64,000 nt of DNA. It comes from a candidate division FCPU426 bacterium. Its GTDB lineage: Bacteria > Oederibacteriota > Muellerivitia > Muellerivitales > Muellerivitaceae. The notes beneath the pieces are model-generated. The model was not told the origin of the DNA. It worked only from the letters and a program-made list of their open reading frames with translations, and made no database searches. The stretch lies in the NCBI GenBank assembly GCA_963847625.1, contig CAWKAR010000028.1, positions 1-64,000 on the forward strand, given 5' to 3'. A program made the translations under genes and the position numbers. Of this stretch, positions 18,444-28,437 are shown one piece after another (the stretch's first letter is position 1; each line of letters opens with the position of its first letter).

Positions 18444-19961
18444 TTACTTTCTCATGATGGTTTCATAAAGGTCTTGGTATTTCCTGGCGGAGGCATCCCA
18501 AGAGAAATCCTGCCTCATGGCCCGTTGGACCAAATCCGCCCAAAGTTCGGGTTGGTGAAAGGCATTCACCGCCCTCTGGATGGCGGATAACAGCTCCCCG
18601 CTCTTGTAGTTGTCGAAAATAAAACCGGTTCCCTTATTTCCGTCCGTGGAAAGTTCTTCCACCGTGTCGGAAAGCCCTCCGGTCCTGCGCACGATGGGGA
18701 TGGTCCCGTATTTCATGGCGATCATTTGGCCCAGTCCGCAGGGTTCGAACCGCGATGGCATGAGAAACATGTCGCTGCCGGCGTAAATCAGCTTGGCCAA
18801 CGGGTTATCAAAGCGGATCGCCGCGGCCAGCTTTCGGGGATAACGGGCCTGCAGTTCCTGGAAAAGAGAATGGTACCTTGGGTCCCCCGTGCCTAAAATC
18901 ACGAATTGTACGTCCAGGGACAGGAACACGTTGATGATTTCCGCGATCAAATCCATTCCCTTCTGGTCCGTCAGGCGCGAGACGACCCCGATCACGGGCG
19001 TCTCCGGATTGAATTCCAGGTCCACCTCCCTCAGGAGTTTTTTCTTGGATTCGGCCTTGAGGCGATGGCTCTTGGGGGTGTACTGTTCGGGAATTTCCTT
19101 GTCCGTGGCGGGATTCCATTCCGCGTAGTCGATTCCGTTGACGATTCCGTAAAGGTCCGCCGCGCGGGCCCGCAGCAATCCCTGCAACCCGTGGCCGTAT
19201 TCGTCGGTCTGGATCTCCTGGGCGTATTTCTCGGATACCGTGTTCAGGGCGTCTGAGTAAACCAGCCCGGACTTCAAATAGTTCACCTGGCCATAAAACT
19301 CGATCTTTTCGGAAGTGAACTCCTCCCAGCCGATTCCAGTCATGGGAAGCACATACTTGGGAAATAGTCCCTGGTAGGCCATGTTATGGATGGTAAAGAG
19401 AATCCGTATCCTCTCGTAATAAGGCAGATCATGGTAGAGGGTTTTCAAGTAAGCCGCCGTGAGTCCCGTTTGCCAGTCGTTCAAATGCAGGAGATGGGGA
19501 TACCAATGGATGGTCTTGAGCATTTCCAAGACTGCCCGTGAAAAAAAGGCGAATCGCTCGGCGTTATCCTGGAAGTCCCCTTCGGCGGTGCCATACAAGC
19601 CCTCCCGATCGAAATAACGGTCGTTCTGTATGAAATAAACCTTGTAGGGAGTGTACCCCAGTTGGGTGGAAAGTATGTTGGCGTTCATTTCGCCCATTCC
19701 CATGGGCACGGGCACGTCTTTGGCTTCCATGCGAAGATGGAATTTCTCCGGGGATAACCTCCGATAGTGGGGCATCACGACCGCGACTTCGCATCCCAGT
19801 TTGACCAAAGCCGAGGGCAGGGCGCCCACCACGTCAGCCAGTCCCCCGGTCTTAGCGAAAGGTACAACCTCGGAGGAAACGAATAAGACCCGCCTTTTAA
19901 AAGGACCTGTCGGGGTTAGGTAGCCATCGAAGCCGTTATCAGTTGAGTTGTTTCGAGCCAT
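18444..19961 (-). CDS. glgA: Glycogen synthase
   Basis: KTGGLADV, TIHNMAYQG and PSRFEPCGL motifs. ATG 19961 preferred over GTG 19991. Confidence 0.96.
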   Translation of the reverse strand: MARNNSTDNGFDGYLTPTGPFKRRVLFVSSEVVPFAKTGGLADVVGALPSALVKLGCEVAVVMPHYRRLSPEKFHLRMEAKDVPVPMGMGEMNANILSTQLGYTPYKVYFIQNDRYFDREGLYGTAEGDFQDNAERFAFFSRAVLEMLKTIHWYPHLLHLNDWQTGLTAAYLKTLYHDLPYYERIRILFTIHNMAYQGLFPKYVLPMTGIGWEEFTSEKIEFYGQVNYLKSGLVYSDALNTVSEKYAQEIQTDEYGHGLQGLLRARAADLYGIVNGIDYAEWNPATDKEIPEQYTPKSHRLKAESKKKLLREVDLEFNPETPVIGVVSRLTDQKGMDLIAEIINVFLSLDVQFVILGTGDPRYHSLFQELQARYPRKLAAAIRFDNPLAKLIYAGSDMFLMPSRFEPCGLGQMIAMKYGTIPIVRRTGGLSDTVEELSTDGNKGTGFIFDNYKSGELLSAIQRAVNAFHQPELWADLVQRAMRQDFSWDASARKYQDLYETIMRK

Positions 19962-20394
19962 GGACAACCTTTTTCGTATCTTTACTATCACTTTTTTTAT
20001 TCAGGCGGCGTAAACAAAGAAGAGATGATTATATATATCAGACCGTGATTTTACCTTTCTCTCTTAAGCATTCCAGAAAAAGGCCGGATGTTTTTACTAA
20101 AATACCTTTTACAATCTCACCGGATCCGTTGGAAATTTAGACGTTTCCATCAAAGTTAAAGTGTAAAAAAAGCTTGTTTCAAAATGTTTTTCCGTTAAAC
20201 CGAGGCATTATATGGTTCAAAAGTCGGGTGTCAAGAAATGGATGCTGGTTTCAAAAAAACCTTCATCTGTTGGCGGGACATACATGGCATGTTGGAAATA
20301 GGCCAAATCAGGGGTGATTATTTGTGCAAAAATCCGAATTGTATATATTTTGGAAAACTCTATTTAAGAGGGCTATGAATTTATAACGCCCTTC

Positions 20395-21399
20395 TCAATG
20401 CGTCTGGCCAGATTTGTATTTTGCCTGGTAGGTTTCCAGAAGTTTGACCATTCGGGGATCTTCGGGAAGGTCCGCGGTAATGGGAATCAGCTGGCAATGG
20501 TAATCCAAGATGTTATATTCGGCGCGCTTGGTTTTCTTGTCCCGATGCCCTTCCACGGTAAGATCCAGGCGGCCCAGGTAAAGTCCCTGGGAGCCCGCTT
20601 GGCAGATCAGGGGGCCTAATAAGCTCCCATCCTTGGCCTTGGTGGCGATGGGTTCGGTCAACAGGGTGTGGCTATAGCCCCCGATAATGACGTGGATGAA
20701 GGAATTTTCCTTCGAGAATTTCTTGTCTCCCTCCACTCCCAAACGGCTTAAAGCCACGAAAATATCGGCGTCCTTCTTGAAGATCGTGTGAAGGCCCTTG
20801 GCCGAAGCACCGGGTTGGTTGAAAACCAGGCCCCTGACGTTTTCCCTGCCAGCCAGGGATCGCGTATCGGGATGGCTGAAACCGATCAAGCCGACCCGGA
20901 TCCCGACGTATTTCAACGCATAGGGTCGCAGAAAAGGCTGTACTCCGCTGACGACATTTGCGGCCACCCAGGGGATTCCAAATTTTTTCCGGTATTCCAG
21001 GAGGGTTTTCGTACCGTAGGTGAAATCATGTTCCCCCAAGGCAACGGCGTCGTACTTCATCAACTGGTAGGCCGCGCAGTCCACTTCCCCGCGGCTGGAT
21101 TCGGAAAGGGGCGTGCCCGTGAACAAATCCCCGGCGTCCACCAGGAGAACTTTTTTTTCCCCGACTTCCCGGCGGATCTTCTCGATCAAGGCCATTCTCC
21201 GGGCAACTCCTCCCACGGGTTTGGAGGGATCTGAGATGGACAAGGGTTCCACCTGGCCATGGTGGTCGTTGGTGAACAGGATGGTGAATTGGGTCTCGGC
21301 CGCATGAAGGGGCGGGGGAAAGAAAAAGCAAATTCCGAAAAGAAATGCCGGAACGCGGAAAAACAGGTTAGGAAAGTTTCGGAGGGTCGGAGCTAACAA
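20395..21399 (-). CDS. Secreted 5'-nucleotidase-like metallophosphoesterase domain, degenerate active site
   Basis: Signal peptide; TNDHHG and DAGD intact, but GEHDF, SRLG and GGYSH variants. No C-terminal nucleotidase domain. Confidence 0.8.
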   Translation of the reverse strand: MLAPTLRNFPNLFFRVPAFLFGICFFFPPPLHAAETQFTILFTNDHHGQVEPLSISDPSKPVGGVARRMALIEKIRREVGEKKVLLVDAGDLFTGTPLSESSRGEVDCAAYQLMKYDAVALGEHDFTYGTKTLLEYRKKFGIPWVAANVVSGVQPFLRPYALKYVGIRVGLIGFSHPDTRSLAGRENVRGLVFNQPGASAKGLHTIFKKDADIFVALSRLGVEGDKKFSKENSFIHVIIGGYSHTLLTEPIATKAKDGSLLGPLICQAGSQGLYLGRLDLTVEGHRDKKTKRAEYNILDYHCQLIPITADLPEDPRMVKLLETYQAKYKSGQTH

Positions 21400-21408
21400 G
21401 CAAATAGC

Positions 21409-21762
21409 CTAAAATTCCGTTACGGCGTCTTGCTCGGTTTTTAAAATATGAAAGAGGCCGGGAAGTTCCAGGAGGTCGAACACTTTATAGATATCCGCGT
21501 TGACGTTGGCGATTTTGATGTCGCCCCTGTTTTTCCGGACATCCTTGATGATGCTCATGAGGACCCCGAAACCCGCGCTCGAGATATAGGTGAGTTTTTT
21601 CATATTCAGGACGATTTTATACTGTTTCTTTTTGAACAGGTCCTGAAGGATCGCCTCGAATTCGCCGACGGTGTTGATGTCGAGGACTCCCTCGATATCC
21701 ACGACCGTTACCGACGTGTTCGACATGGCCGCTCGCGTGGCAAGCACCAAACGTTCCATCAA
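21409..21762 (-). CDS. STAS-domain anti-sigma factor antagonist
   Basis: EGVLD and LTYISSAGFGVL motifs; GAGGAGG RBS. Confidence 0.92.
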   Translation of the reverse strand: MMERLVLATRAAMSNTSVTVVDIEGVLDINTVGEFEAILQDLFKKKQYKIVLNMKKLTYISSAGFGVLMSIIKDVRKNRGDIKIANVNADIYKVFDLLELPGLFHILKTEQDAVTEF

Positions 21763-21773
21763 AATTCCTCCTC

Positions 21774-22706
21774 TTAAATCATCGTCAAGGAATCAGGCAC
21801 CAGGGCTTCGACGAACATCTTCGCGTCGAAAGGAATCAGATCTTCCATCCCTTCCCCGACCCCCAGGAACCGGACCGGGAGGCCCTGTTGCTCGCCAAGG
21901 GCCACCACGATACCACCTTTCGCGGTTCCGTCCAGCTTGGTTAAAACCAGGCCTGTCAAACCCATTTCCCGGTGGAAATCACGGGTTTGGTTAAGGGCAT
22001 TTTGCCCTGTATTGGCGTCTAAAACCAGCCATTTTTCCTGCTGGACGCCCGGAGCCGCTTTTTCTGCGACCCGGACGATCTTTTTGAGTTCCTCCATTAG
22101 ATTAGAACGGTTATGGAGCCGTCCTGCGGTGTCCACAATAAGGCAGTCCGAACCATTCTGCAAACCCGATTTTAACGCATCAAAGACGACGGCGGAAGAA
22201 GCCGCCCCATGGGACCCACGAACGAGTTCTACTCTAGCACGTTCGGCCCAGGACGTCAGCTGTTCTTCAGCGGCGGCCCGGAAGGTATCACCGGCGGCCA
22301 AAAGGACTTTTCGCCCCTCGCTGGAAAAGCGCGCTCCCAGCTTACCGGCCGTGGTGGTTTTGCCGGACCCATTTACCCCGACCAGCAGAATCACCGCGGG
22401 CCGGGCCAATTCCCAGGGGGTATGGCATGCCGAAAGCCGCTTAGTAAGAGCCTCCCTTAACAGACTCCGGATTGTGGCGGGATCGGCTTTTCCACCTTTT
22501 TCCACTCCCTCACGGATTTCCCTGAGTATCGCTTGGGCCATGCCTGCCCCTAGGTCGGTGGCCACCAACCCTTCTTCCAGTTCCCTGGCGGCATCATCGG
22601 AAAGACGGACCGTTTCACCCATCAGGGAGGCTAGATTGGAGGTCAACTGTTGGGCGGTCTTGGCCAGGCCCCGCTTGAACTTATCGAACAAGCCCATTTT
22701 GCTCAC
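21774..22706 (-). CDS. ftsY: SRP receptor FtsY
   Basis: GVNGSGKTTT, DTFRAAA, DTAGR and TKLDGTAKGG motifs. Confidence 0.97.
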   Translation of the reverse strand: MSKMGLFDKFKRGLAKTAQQLTSNLASLMGETVRLSDDAARELEEGLVATDLGAGMAQAILREIREGVEKGGKADPATIRSLLREALTKRLSACHTPWELARPAVILLVGVNGSGKTTTAGKLGARFSSEGRKVLLAAGDTFRAAAEEQLTSWAERARVELVRGSHGAASSAVVFDALKSGLQNGSDCLIVDTAGRLHNRSNLMEELKKIVRVAEKAAPGVQQEKWLVLDANTGQNALNQTRDFHREMGLTGLVLTKLDGTAKGGIVVALGEQQGLPVRFLGVGEGMEDLIPFDAKMFVEALVPDSLTMI

Positions 22707-22712
22707 CTAATC

Positions 22713-23813
22713 CTAAAAAATTTTCTTTATCACCGCAGATGCAATCTCCTCGGGACGCACCGAATCACAAAGGCAGCCCTTTTTACGAAATATCCTGTTC
22801 CCGTGAAGGTCGAGAGGCCCCCATCTTTTCGGTTCACTGGGTCCAAATATCGCGAAAACTTTCGCCGACAAGGCGCAGGCATGCATGATGCCGCTGTCCC
22901 CGCAAACCATGAGATTAAACCTCTTCGCCGCTTCCAATATAAAAAAAATATCACTTTCTGGCAGGACAAAGACGTTGGAAATTCCCTGGATGGATCTCCT
23001 GAACTTTTCCAGTTCCCGTGATTCCCCCTCCCCGTGAACCACAATTGTTTTCAAGCTCCTATGGCCCTGGAAAAGGCGAAGTAGTAGCACATAATTTTCC
23101 TGAAGCCAACGGTTGTCCCCCTTGTCCAGGGTGGGATGGACGGCCAAGACCTTATCCCTCCCCGTGATACCGCACTGCCGGTAGAAAAGCCGGGATTTCG
23201 AGGCCGCTTCCACGGAGGAAAAACGGGGGCTTAAATTCCCAATGCGGAAAACCACCCTTGGAAAAATTTTTTTAACCAGTAAAAAACTTTTTTCCGACTC
23301 GTGTGTATTCTCGGGCGGCGAGGGAATGCCCCAATTAAAAACTTTCCGGGAAAGGCCCTCACCCGGGGCCGGGCGCCAAAATCCCACCCGCCGGGAAGAC
23401 CTGGAGAGCAGCGCCAGAAGGGCCGACGTGGTCGAGAAAGGATAGGAATGGAAATCGATCACCGCGTCGTACTGTTCCAGAAGCACGCGGAGTAAAAGCC
23501 TGAGCCGTTTTAGCCCGCCGGGCTGCCAGACGAGTATTCGAGCTTCCGGAAAAATTTTCCGGGCCAGTGACTCGTTCCTTTCCCCCGCCACGAGGGTCAT
23601 GCGGCAGGAGGGGCCCGCTTCCTTTCGGATCGACAACAAGGCTGGTGAGGAAAGAATGAAGTCACCCAAACGGTCCGGCCTGAGTAAAAGCAGGGACTGG
23701 TAGGCCGCCGGAGGATTCGGTTTTTGGGGCCAAAAACCCAGCGTCCAGCCCAAAAGGAACCAAGTCAGTTCCTTCAAGACCTTTTCAGTCTGGGATAAGA
23801 GGGGGCGGATCAA
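22713..23813 (-). CDS. Glycosyltransferase family 9 (heptosyltransferase-like)
   Basis: DRLGDFIL, DSGIMHAC and AIFGPS...WGP motifs. Confidence 0.88.
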   Translation of the reverse strand: MIRPLLSQTEKVLKELTWFLLGWTLGFWPQKPNPPAAYQSLLLLRPDRLGDFILSSPALLSIRKEAGPSCRMTLVAGERNESLARKIFPEARILVWQPGGLKRLRLLLRVLLEQYDAVIDFHSYPFSTTSALLALLSRSSRRVGFWRPAPGEGLSRKVFNWGIPSPPENTHESEKSFLLVKKIFPRVVFRIGNLSPRFSSVEAASKSRLFYRQCGITGRDKVLAVHPTLDKGDNRWLQENYVLLLRLFQGHRSLKTIVVHGEGESRELEKFRRSIQGISNVFVLPESDIFFILEAAKRFNLMVCGDSGIMHACALSAKVFAIFGPSEPKRWGPLDLHGNRIFRKKGCLCDSVRPEEIASAVIKKIF

Positions 23814-26800
23814 GAAACCGCTGTTTCCTCGGGCCGGTTTTCCTTGAATTTGGCGGAAACAATCTTGGAAACGCCCGATTCCTGCATGGTGACCCCGTAG
23901 ATCACATCCGCCGTTTCCATGCTGACCTTGTTATGGGTGATCATGATGAATTGGGTCCGCTTGCTGAATTCCTTCAAAAGATTGGTGAACCGGCCGACGT
24001 TCACGTCGTCCAGGGGGGCGTCAATCTCATCCAGCAGGCAAAAGGGGCTGGGTTTCACCAGGAACAGCGCGAACAAAAGCGCGATGGCGGTCAGGGCCTT
24101 CTCCCCGCCGGACAGGAGGGAAACGGATTGGAGCCTTTTTCCCGGAGGCCGCGCTACGATCTCGATTCCCGACTCCAGCACATTCCCTTCGTCCACGAGG
24201 ATCAGCTCCGCCCGGCCGCCCTCGAACAACCGTTGGAAGACATCCTTGAAGTTTTCCTGGACCGTGGCGAAGGTGGAGGTAAACAGCTCCTTGGAAGTGA
24301 GGTTGATCTTGTGGATGGCCTTCTGCAGATCGTCCTTGGCCTTCAGCAGGTCCTCCTGTTGCTCAACGAGGAACTTATAGCGCTGGGACAGCTCGTCGTA
24401 TTCCTCCATGGCCACCATGTTCACCAGGCCCAACCGGTCGATCTTGGCCCGCAGCTCGATGGATTCCCTCTCAGCCGTTTCCCCGTCGAAATCTTTCTCG
24501 AGAGCAACGGGCGGGTTCTCCGGGTCCACCTTGTATTCCAACTGGAGTTTTTCCTCGATGTTGCGGATCTCCACGCTGATCTGGGCTTCCTGCAGGTCCA
24601 AAGCGTGCAGTTCCTTCTGGACTTCCTCGAATTTCAACCGGGCCTGCCGCACCTTTTCCGCCAGAGCCTCGGTTTCCGCCGAGAGGGCCGCCCTTTTTTC
24701 CGAGACTTGGCCGGCTTGCTCGTCCGCGTCCTTCTTGGATTGGGAAAGGCCCCCGATCCTCCGGTCCAAGTCCTCCAAGTCCAGCGACAATTGCTGTTCC
24801 TGGAGGCCCAATTGCTGGTTTTCCTCTTTTTTCTGGGTCACGAGCCGTGCCAGTTGGTCCAGTTCCGCCTGGTAACGCTCGGCTTCCTCCCGGGCCCTTT
24901 CCGCGACTTCTTCCAGGGAGTCCAGTTCCAAGCGGGCCTGCATCCTCTGCCGGGAAACCTCCTCCTTTTGGGTTTGAAGGGCCTGGAGCCCAGCCCGGGC
25001 CTCGTTGATTTCCTCTTGGGTCGAATGCTGGGCCCGCTCGCTTTGGCTTAATAAGCCGGAAAGTTCCCCGATGCGGTTCTTATCAGCGTTCCAATGGGCC
25101 TCCCACTGGCTTTTTTCCTTCTCCAGGGAGGTTTTTTCATTCTCCAAGCGCAGGAGGGTTTCCTGCGACTGGGCGATTTCTTTCTCCGTCTCGGCGAGGA
25201 GGATTCGAATTTGCTGGCGCCGGTTTTCCGAGGCCAAGAGGGAATCTTCCGTTTCCTTGCGGTTTTTTTTGGCGGCCGCCAGCTTGGCCTCGGCTTGCTG
25301 CACCTGGTTTTCCAGATCCGTCATTTTCTCCATCAGTTCATTCATCTCACGGTGACGTCCCAGGAGGGAAACTCCCGTGGCGACGGAACCGGCCTTCAGG
25401 GAACCCAAAGGTCCCATACGGTCCCCTTCCATCGTGACGAAACGCAAGCGGGGGTGTGAAACGCTGAGGTTTTCCGCCAGGGACCAGTCCGAGGCCAGCA
25501 GGTCTTGTCCGAAAAGGAACCGAACCACCGGTTCCAAGGCGGGGTCGTACTTCAGGAAGGATGACATTGAACCCAAAACCCCGGGTTCGGTAAGCGCCTG
25601 GGAGGGCATGTCCCCCTGGGCCTGCTTGGCCAAATCCTCCAGGATGAGAAGGGAAACCTTTCCTTGGCCTTCTGATTTCAAATAGTCGACGACTTTCTCG
25701 GCAGTCGATCGGTGGCGGACAACCAGCGACTGGAGTTGGCTTCCCAGGAGGGTTTCTACGGCAGCCTCATGGACTTTGTCCACCGATATCAGGTCGGCTA
25801 CAACGCCGAGGACTTCCTGCCACATGAGAGGTTCGGATTGCCGCGCTTGCAGGATCGTCTTCACACCGGCGTCATAACCCGTAAGCTTGTTTTGGAGTTC
25901 CACTAGGACCCCGTAACGGGACCGGGCTTCGGAAAAGGCGTTATTAAGGCGTTTTAACTCCTCATCCGTTTCTGCGATCAGGGCTCCCTGTTGGGCCAGG
26001 GCGGCCTGGAACCCCAGGAGATTCTCCTCAAGCCGGGCTTCCTCCGACTGGGCATCCTTCTTGCAGGTATGGAGGCTTTCCCCTTTTTCCGTGATTGCCT
26101 TTAACTCGCCCAGGTTCTTTTCCAACTGCGCAGCCAGGTCCGCCACCCGCCGGGAAGTTTCTTCGTCTTGGGCCTGGAGGGATTCGAGTTCGGCTTTCAT
26201 TTGGGCCGATTTGGTGACCAATTCCACCGCGGTGAGGTTCATGGCGTCCAAGTCCCGGCTTTTCGTTGCCCATTCCGATTCCAAGGCCTCCATTCGCGCC
26301 TGGAGTTCCTGTTCTAACAGGGCCTTTTCCTGCTTTTGGCTTTCCTTGGTTTCCTGCAGGCGTGATCGTTCCGCCACCCATACCTTGAGTTGCTCGGTAC
26401 GGCCGGAAGCCTCCGCGGTTTGCTGGTCGTTACGCTGGCGCTGGTCCGCCAGCATGTTCTTGTGGCGGCGGGTCCCTTCCAACCGGCCTTGGGTGACTTC
26501 CACCTCGCTGGAAACCTTATAGGCTTGCTCCCGAACCTTCGCCAGCTCCTGCTCGATATCGGCCAATCGGGCCCGGAGCTGTTTTTCCCCCTGTTCCAAC
26601 CCCGCCGCATTTTCCTGGGCTTCTTCCAGGCGTTCCTGAACCTCGTTTATTTTTCGATGGAGGCTTTCCGACTTGGCCTTCAATTTGGCGGATTTGTCCA
26701 GGTGGATTTGGATCTGGAGCATCCCGAGCTTTTCCTTGAACTGGCGGTATTTCTCGGCTTGTTTGGCCTGCCGTTCCAGGGAATGGATCTGCCGCTTCAG

Positions 26801-27403
26801 TTCCGCGATGATGTCGGAGATGCGCACTAAATTCTGCTCCGTGGCCTCGAGTTTCCGCAAGGCCTCGATCTTCCGGGATTTGAACTTGGTGATGCCGGCG
26901 GCTTCCTCGAAAAGGGAGCGCCGCTCGATGGGGTTGGAGGTGACGATCTGTTCAATCTGGCCCTGGGCCATCACCGAGTAGGCGCTGATGCCCAGCCCGG
27001 TTCCCATGAAAAGTTCCTTCACGTCCTTCAAACGGACCGGAGCCTGGTTGATGAGGTATTCGGATTCCCCCGACCGGTAAACCCGGCGGGTAATGGAAAC
27101 CTCGTTGAATTCCAAAGGAAGGGTCTTGTCCTCGTTGGATAGGACCAGGGTGACTTCGCTCATACCGGAGGGCTTCCGGGATTCGGTCCCGTTGAAAATG
27201 ACGTCGGTCATTTCCGAGGCCCTCAAACCCTTGGCTGATTGCTCCCCCATGACCCAGCGGATGCTGTCCGCCACATTGGTTTTACCGCAGCCGTTGGGGC
27301 CCACAATGGCGGTAATTCCCGGTTCAAAAAGAAGTTCCGTCCTGTCCGAAAAGGACTTAAAACCATGAACTTCAAGTTTTTTAAGGAACAAAAGATTCTC
27401 CAA
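23810..27403 (-). CDS. smc: Chromosome segregation protein SMC
   Basis: GFKSF, GPNGCGKTN, coiled coils with hinge, LSGGE and LLDEIDAPLD motifs. Confidence 0.98.
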   Translation of the reverse strand: MENLLFLKKLEVHGFKSFSDRTELLFEPGITAIVGPNGCGKTNVADSIRWVMGEQSAKGLRASEMTDVIFNGTESRKPSGMSEVTLVLSNEDKTLPLEFNEVSITRRVYRSGESEYLINQAPVRLKDVKELFMGTGLGISAYSVMAQGQIEQIVTSNPIERRSLFEEAAGITKFKSRKIEALRKLEATEQNLVRISDIIAELKRQIHSLERQAKQAEKYRQFKEKLGMLQIQIHLDKSAKLKAKSESLHRKINEVQERLEEAQENAAGLEQGEKQLRARLADIEQELAKVREQAYKVSSEVEVTQGRLEGTRRHKNMLADQRQRNDQQTAEASGRTEQLKVWVAERSRLQETKESQKQEKALLEQELQARMEALESEWATKSRDLDAMNLTAVELVTKSAQMKAELESLQAQDEETSRRVADLAAQLEKNLGELKAITEKGESLHTCKKDAQSEEARLEENLLGFQAALAQQGALIAETDEELKRLNNAFSEARSRYGVLVELQNKLTGYDAGVKTILQARQSEPLMWQEVLGVVADLISVDKVHEAAVETLLGSQLQSLVVRHRSTAEKVVDYLKSEGQGKVSLLILEDLAKQAQGDMPSQALTEPGVLGSMSSFLKYDPALEPVVRFLFGQDLLASDWSLAENLSVSHPRLRFVTMEGDRMGPLGSLKAGSVATGVSLLGRHREMNELMEKMTDLENQVQQAEAKLAAAKKNRKETEDSLLASENRRQQIRILLAETEKEIAQSQETLLRLENEKTSLEKEKSQWEAHWNADKNRIGELSGLLSQSERAQHSTQEEINEARAGLQALQTQKEEVSRQRMQARLELDSLEEVAERAREEAERYQAELDQLARLVTQKKEENQQLGLQEQQLSLDLEDLDRRIGGLSQSKKDADEQAGQVSEKRAALSAETEALAEKVRQARLKFEEVQKELHALDLQEAQISVEIRNIEEKLQLEYKVDPENPPVALEKDFDGETAERESIELRAKIDRLGLVNMVAMEEYDELSQRYKFLVEQQEDLLKAKDDLQKAIHKINLTSKELFTSTFATVQENFKDVFQRLFEGGRAELILVDEGNVLESGIEIVARPPGKRLQSVSLLSGGEKALTAIALLFALFLVKPSPFCLLDEIDAPLDDVNVGRFTNLLKEFSKRTQFIMITHNKVSMETADVIYGVTMQESGVSKIVSAKFKENRPEETAVS

Positions 27404-27727
27404 AAAAAGGTCTGGGAAACGTCAGCGGGGTTATGGACAAGGCGTAGGAAACCGCTTATGGGAAAAATGAACTGACAACGTTTTTCTTTTGCAAATGTAC
27501 CATTACCACCTATAGATGTCAAAACTTTTCAAACCACCAAATATGGGATAAAAAACGAGGTTGTGTGTTATCGATTCAGAAGATAGAGCCAAATTTTCAG
27601 GGAAATTTTACAGGTTTTATAAGCGGTGATTTGGTTTCCACAATCCTAAATAAATTAAAGCCGCGATGACCTTTGCTCCACAGCTTCAGCGGAAAGGGGG
27701 TCAAGCGGGGAAAAGGAGTTTCGCTAA

Positions 27728-28210
27728 TTAGCTGAACTCCAGGAGAGAAAGGGCCAAATTCGTCCGGCGGAGCCGGCTGGAGATCTGGCTGATCAAGGTG
27801 CAAAAAACATCGAAGGCCACCTCCGGGTTTTTCTTCAGGAATTTCTTGAAATCCGGGCCTTCGATCATATGGACCGAACATTCCTCTTTCGCCAGTACCG
27901 AAGCGGAGCAAGGGGCATTGTCAAAAACGCTCATTTCGCCGAATACGGAGCCGCGTTCCAAATCCGCCAGGTGCTTGTTGCTTCCTGGATCCTTGCCTGC
28001 TTTTACGACCTCCGCCCGGCCGGTGATAATGATATAAAGATTTCCGCCCTCCTGGTTCTCGCGGATGATGAGGTCCCCCGCTTTGAAATGCTGGACCTTG
28101 CCCAGCCTGAAGATCAGGCTCAATGTCTTATCTTGCAGCCCGTCGAATAAGCTGACTTCCTTTAAAAAATCAGTGTACGTTTCCTTACGGATTGCCATGT
28201 CTTTCCCCAA
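27728..28210 (-). CDS. Stand-alone cyclic-nucleotide-binding domain protein
   Basis: IIRENQEG...FGEMSVFDNAPCSASV; no HTH. Confidence 0.88.
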   Translation of the reverse strand: MGKDMAIRKETYTDFLKEVSLFDGLQDKTLSLIFRLGKVQHFKAGDLIIRENQEGGNLYIIITGRAEVVKAGKDPGSNKHLADLERGSVFGEMSVFDNAPCSASVLAKEECSVHMIEGPDFKKFLKKNPEVAFDVFCTLISQISSRLRRTNLALSLLEFS

Positions 28211-28243
28211 TCCAATTTAGGATAAAAAAACTAAAGCAATAAC

Positions 28244-28429
28244 TTAATCATCACTCCTGCTTGACGCCGATTCCTCCCGGGGAATTGACTCTTTCCCTCC
28301 CCGTAAGCTTCCACGGGACTCCCTTTCCTTGCGCATTTTCCAGACCAAATAATAGGTCCGGCCAAGGGCGAACATAAGACCGGCTATTCCAACGCCGAAA
28401 AGAAAATAAGAGAGGCTATGCCGAAACAT
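28244..28429 (-). CDS. Small membrane protein
   Basis: 61 aa with one hydrophobic helix and a basic tail; fills the gap between co-oriented genes. Confidence 0.5.
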   Translation of the reverse strand: MFRHSLSYFLFGVGIAGLMFALGRTYYLVWKMRKERESRGSLRGGKESIPREESASSRSDD

Positions 28430-28437
28430 CCGGGTTT

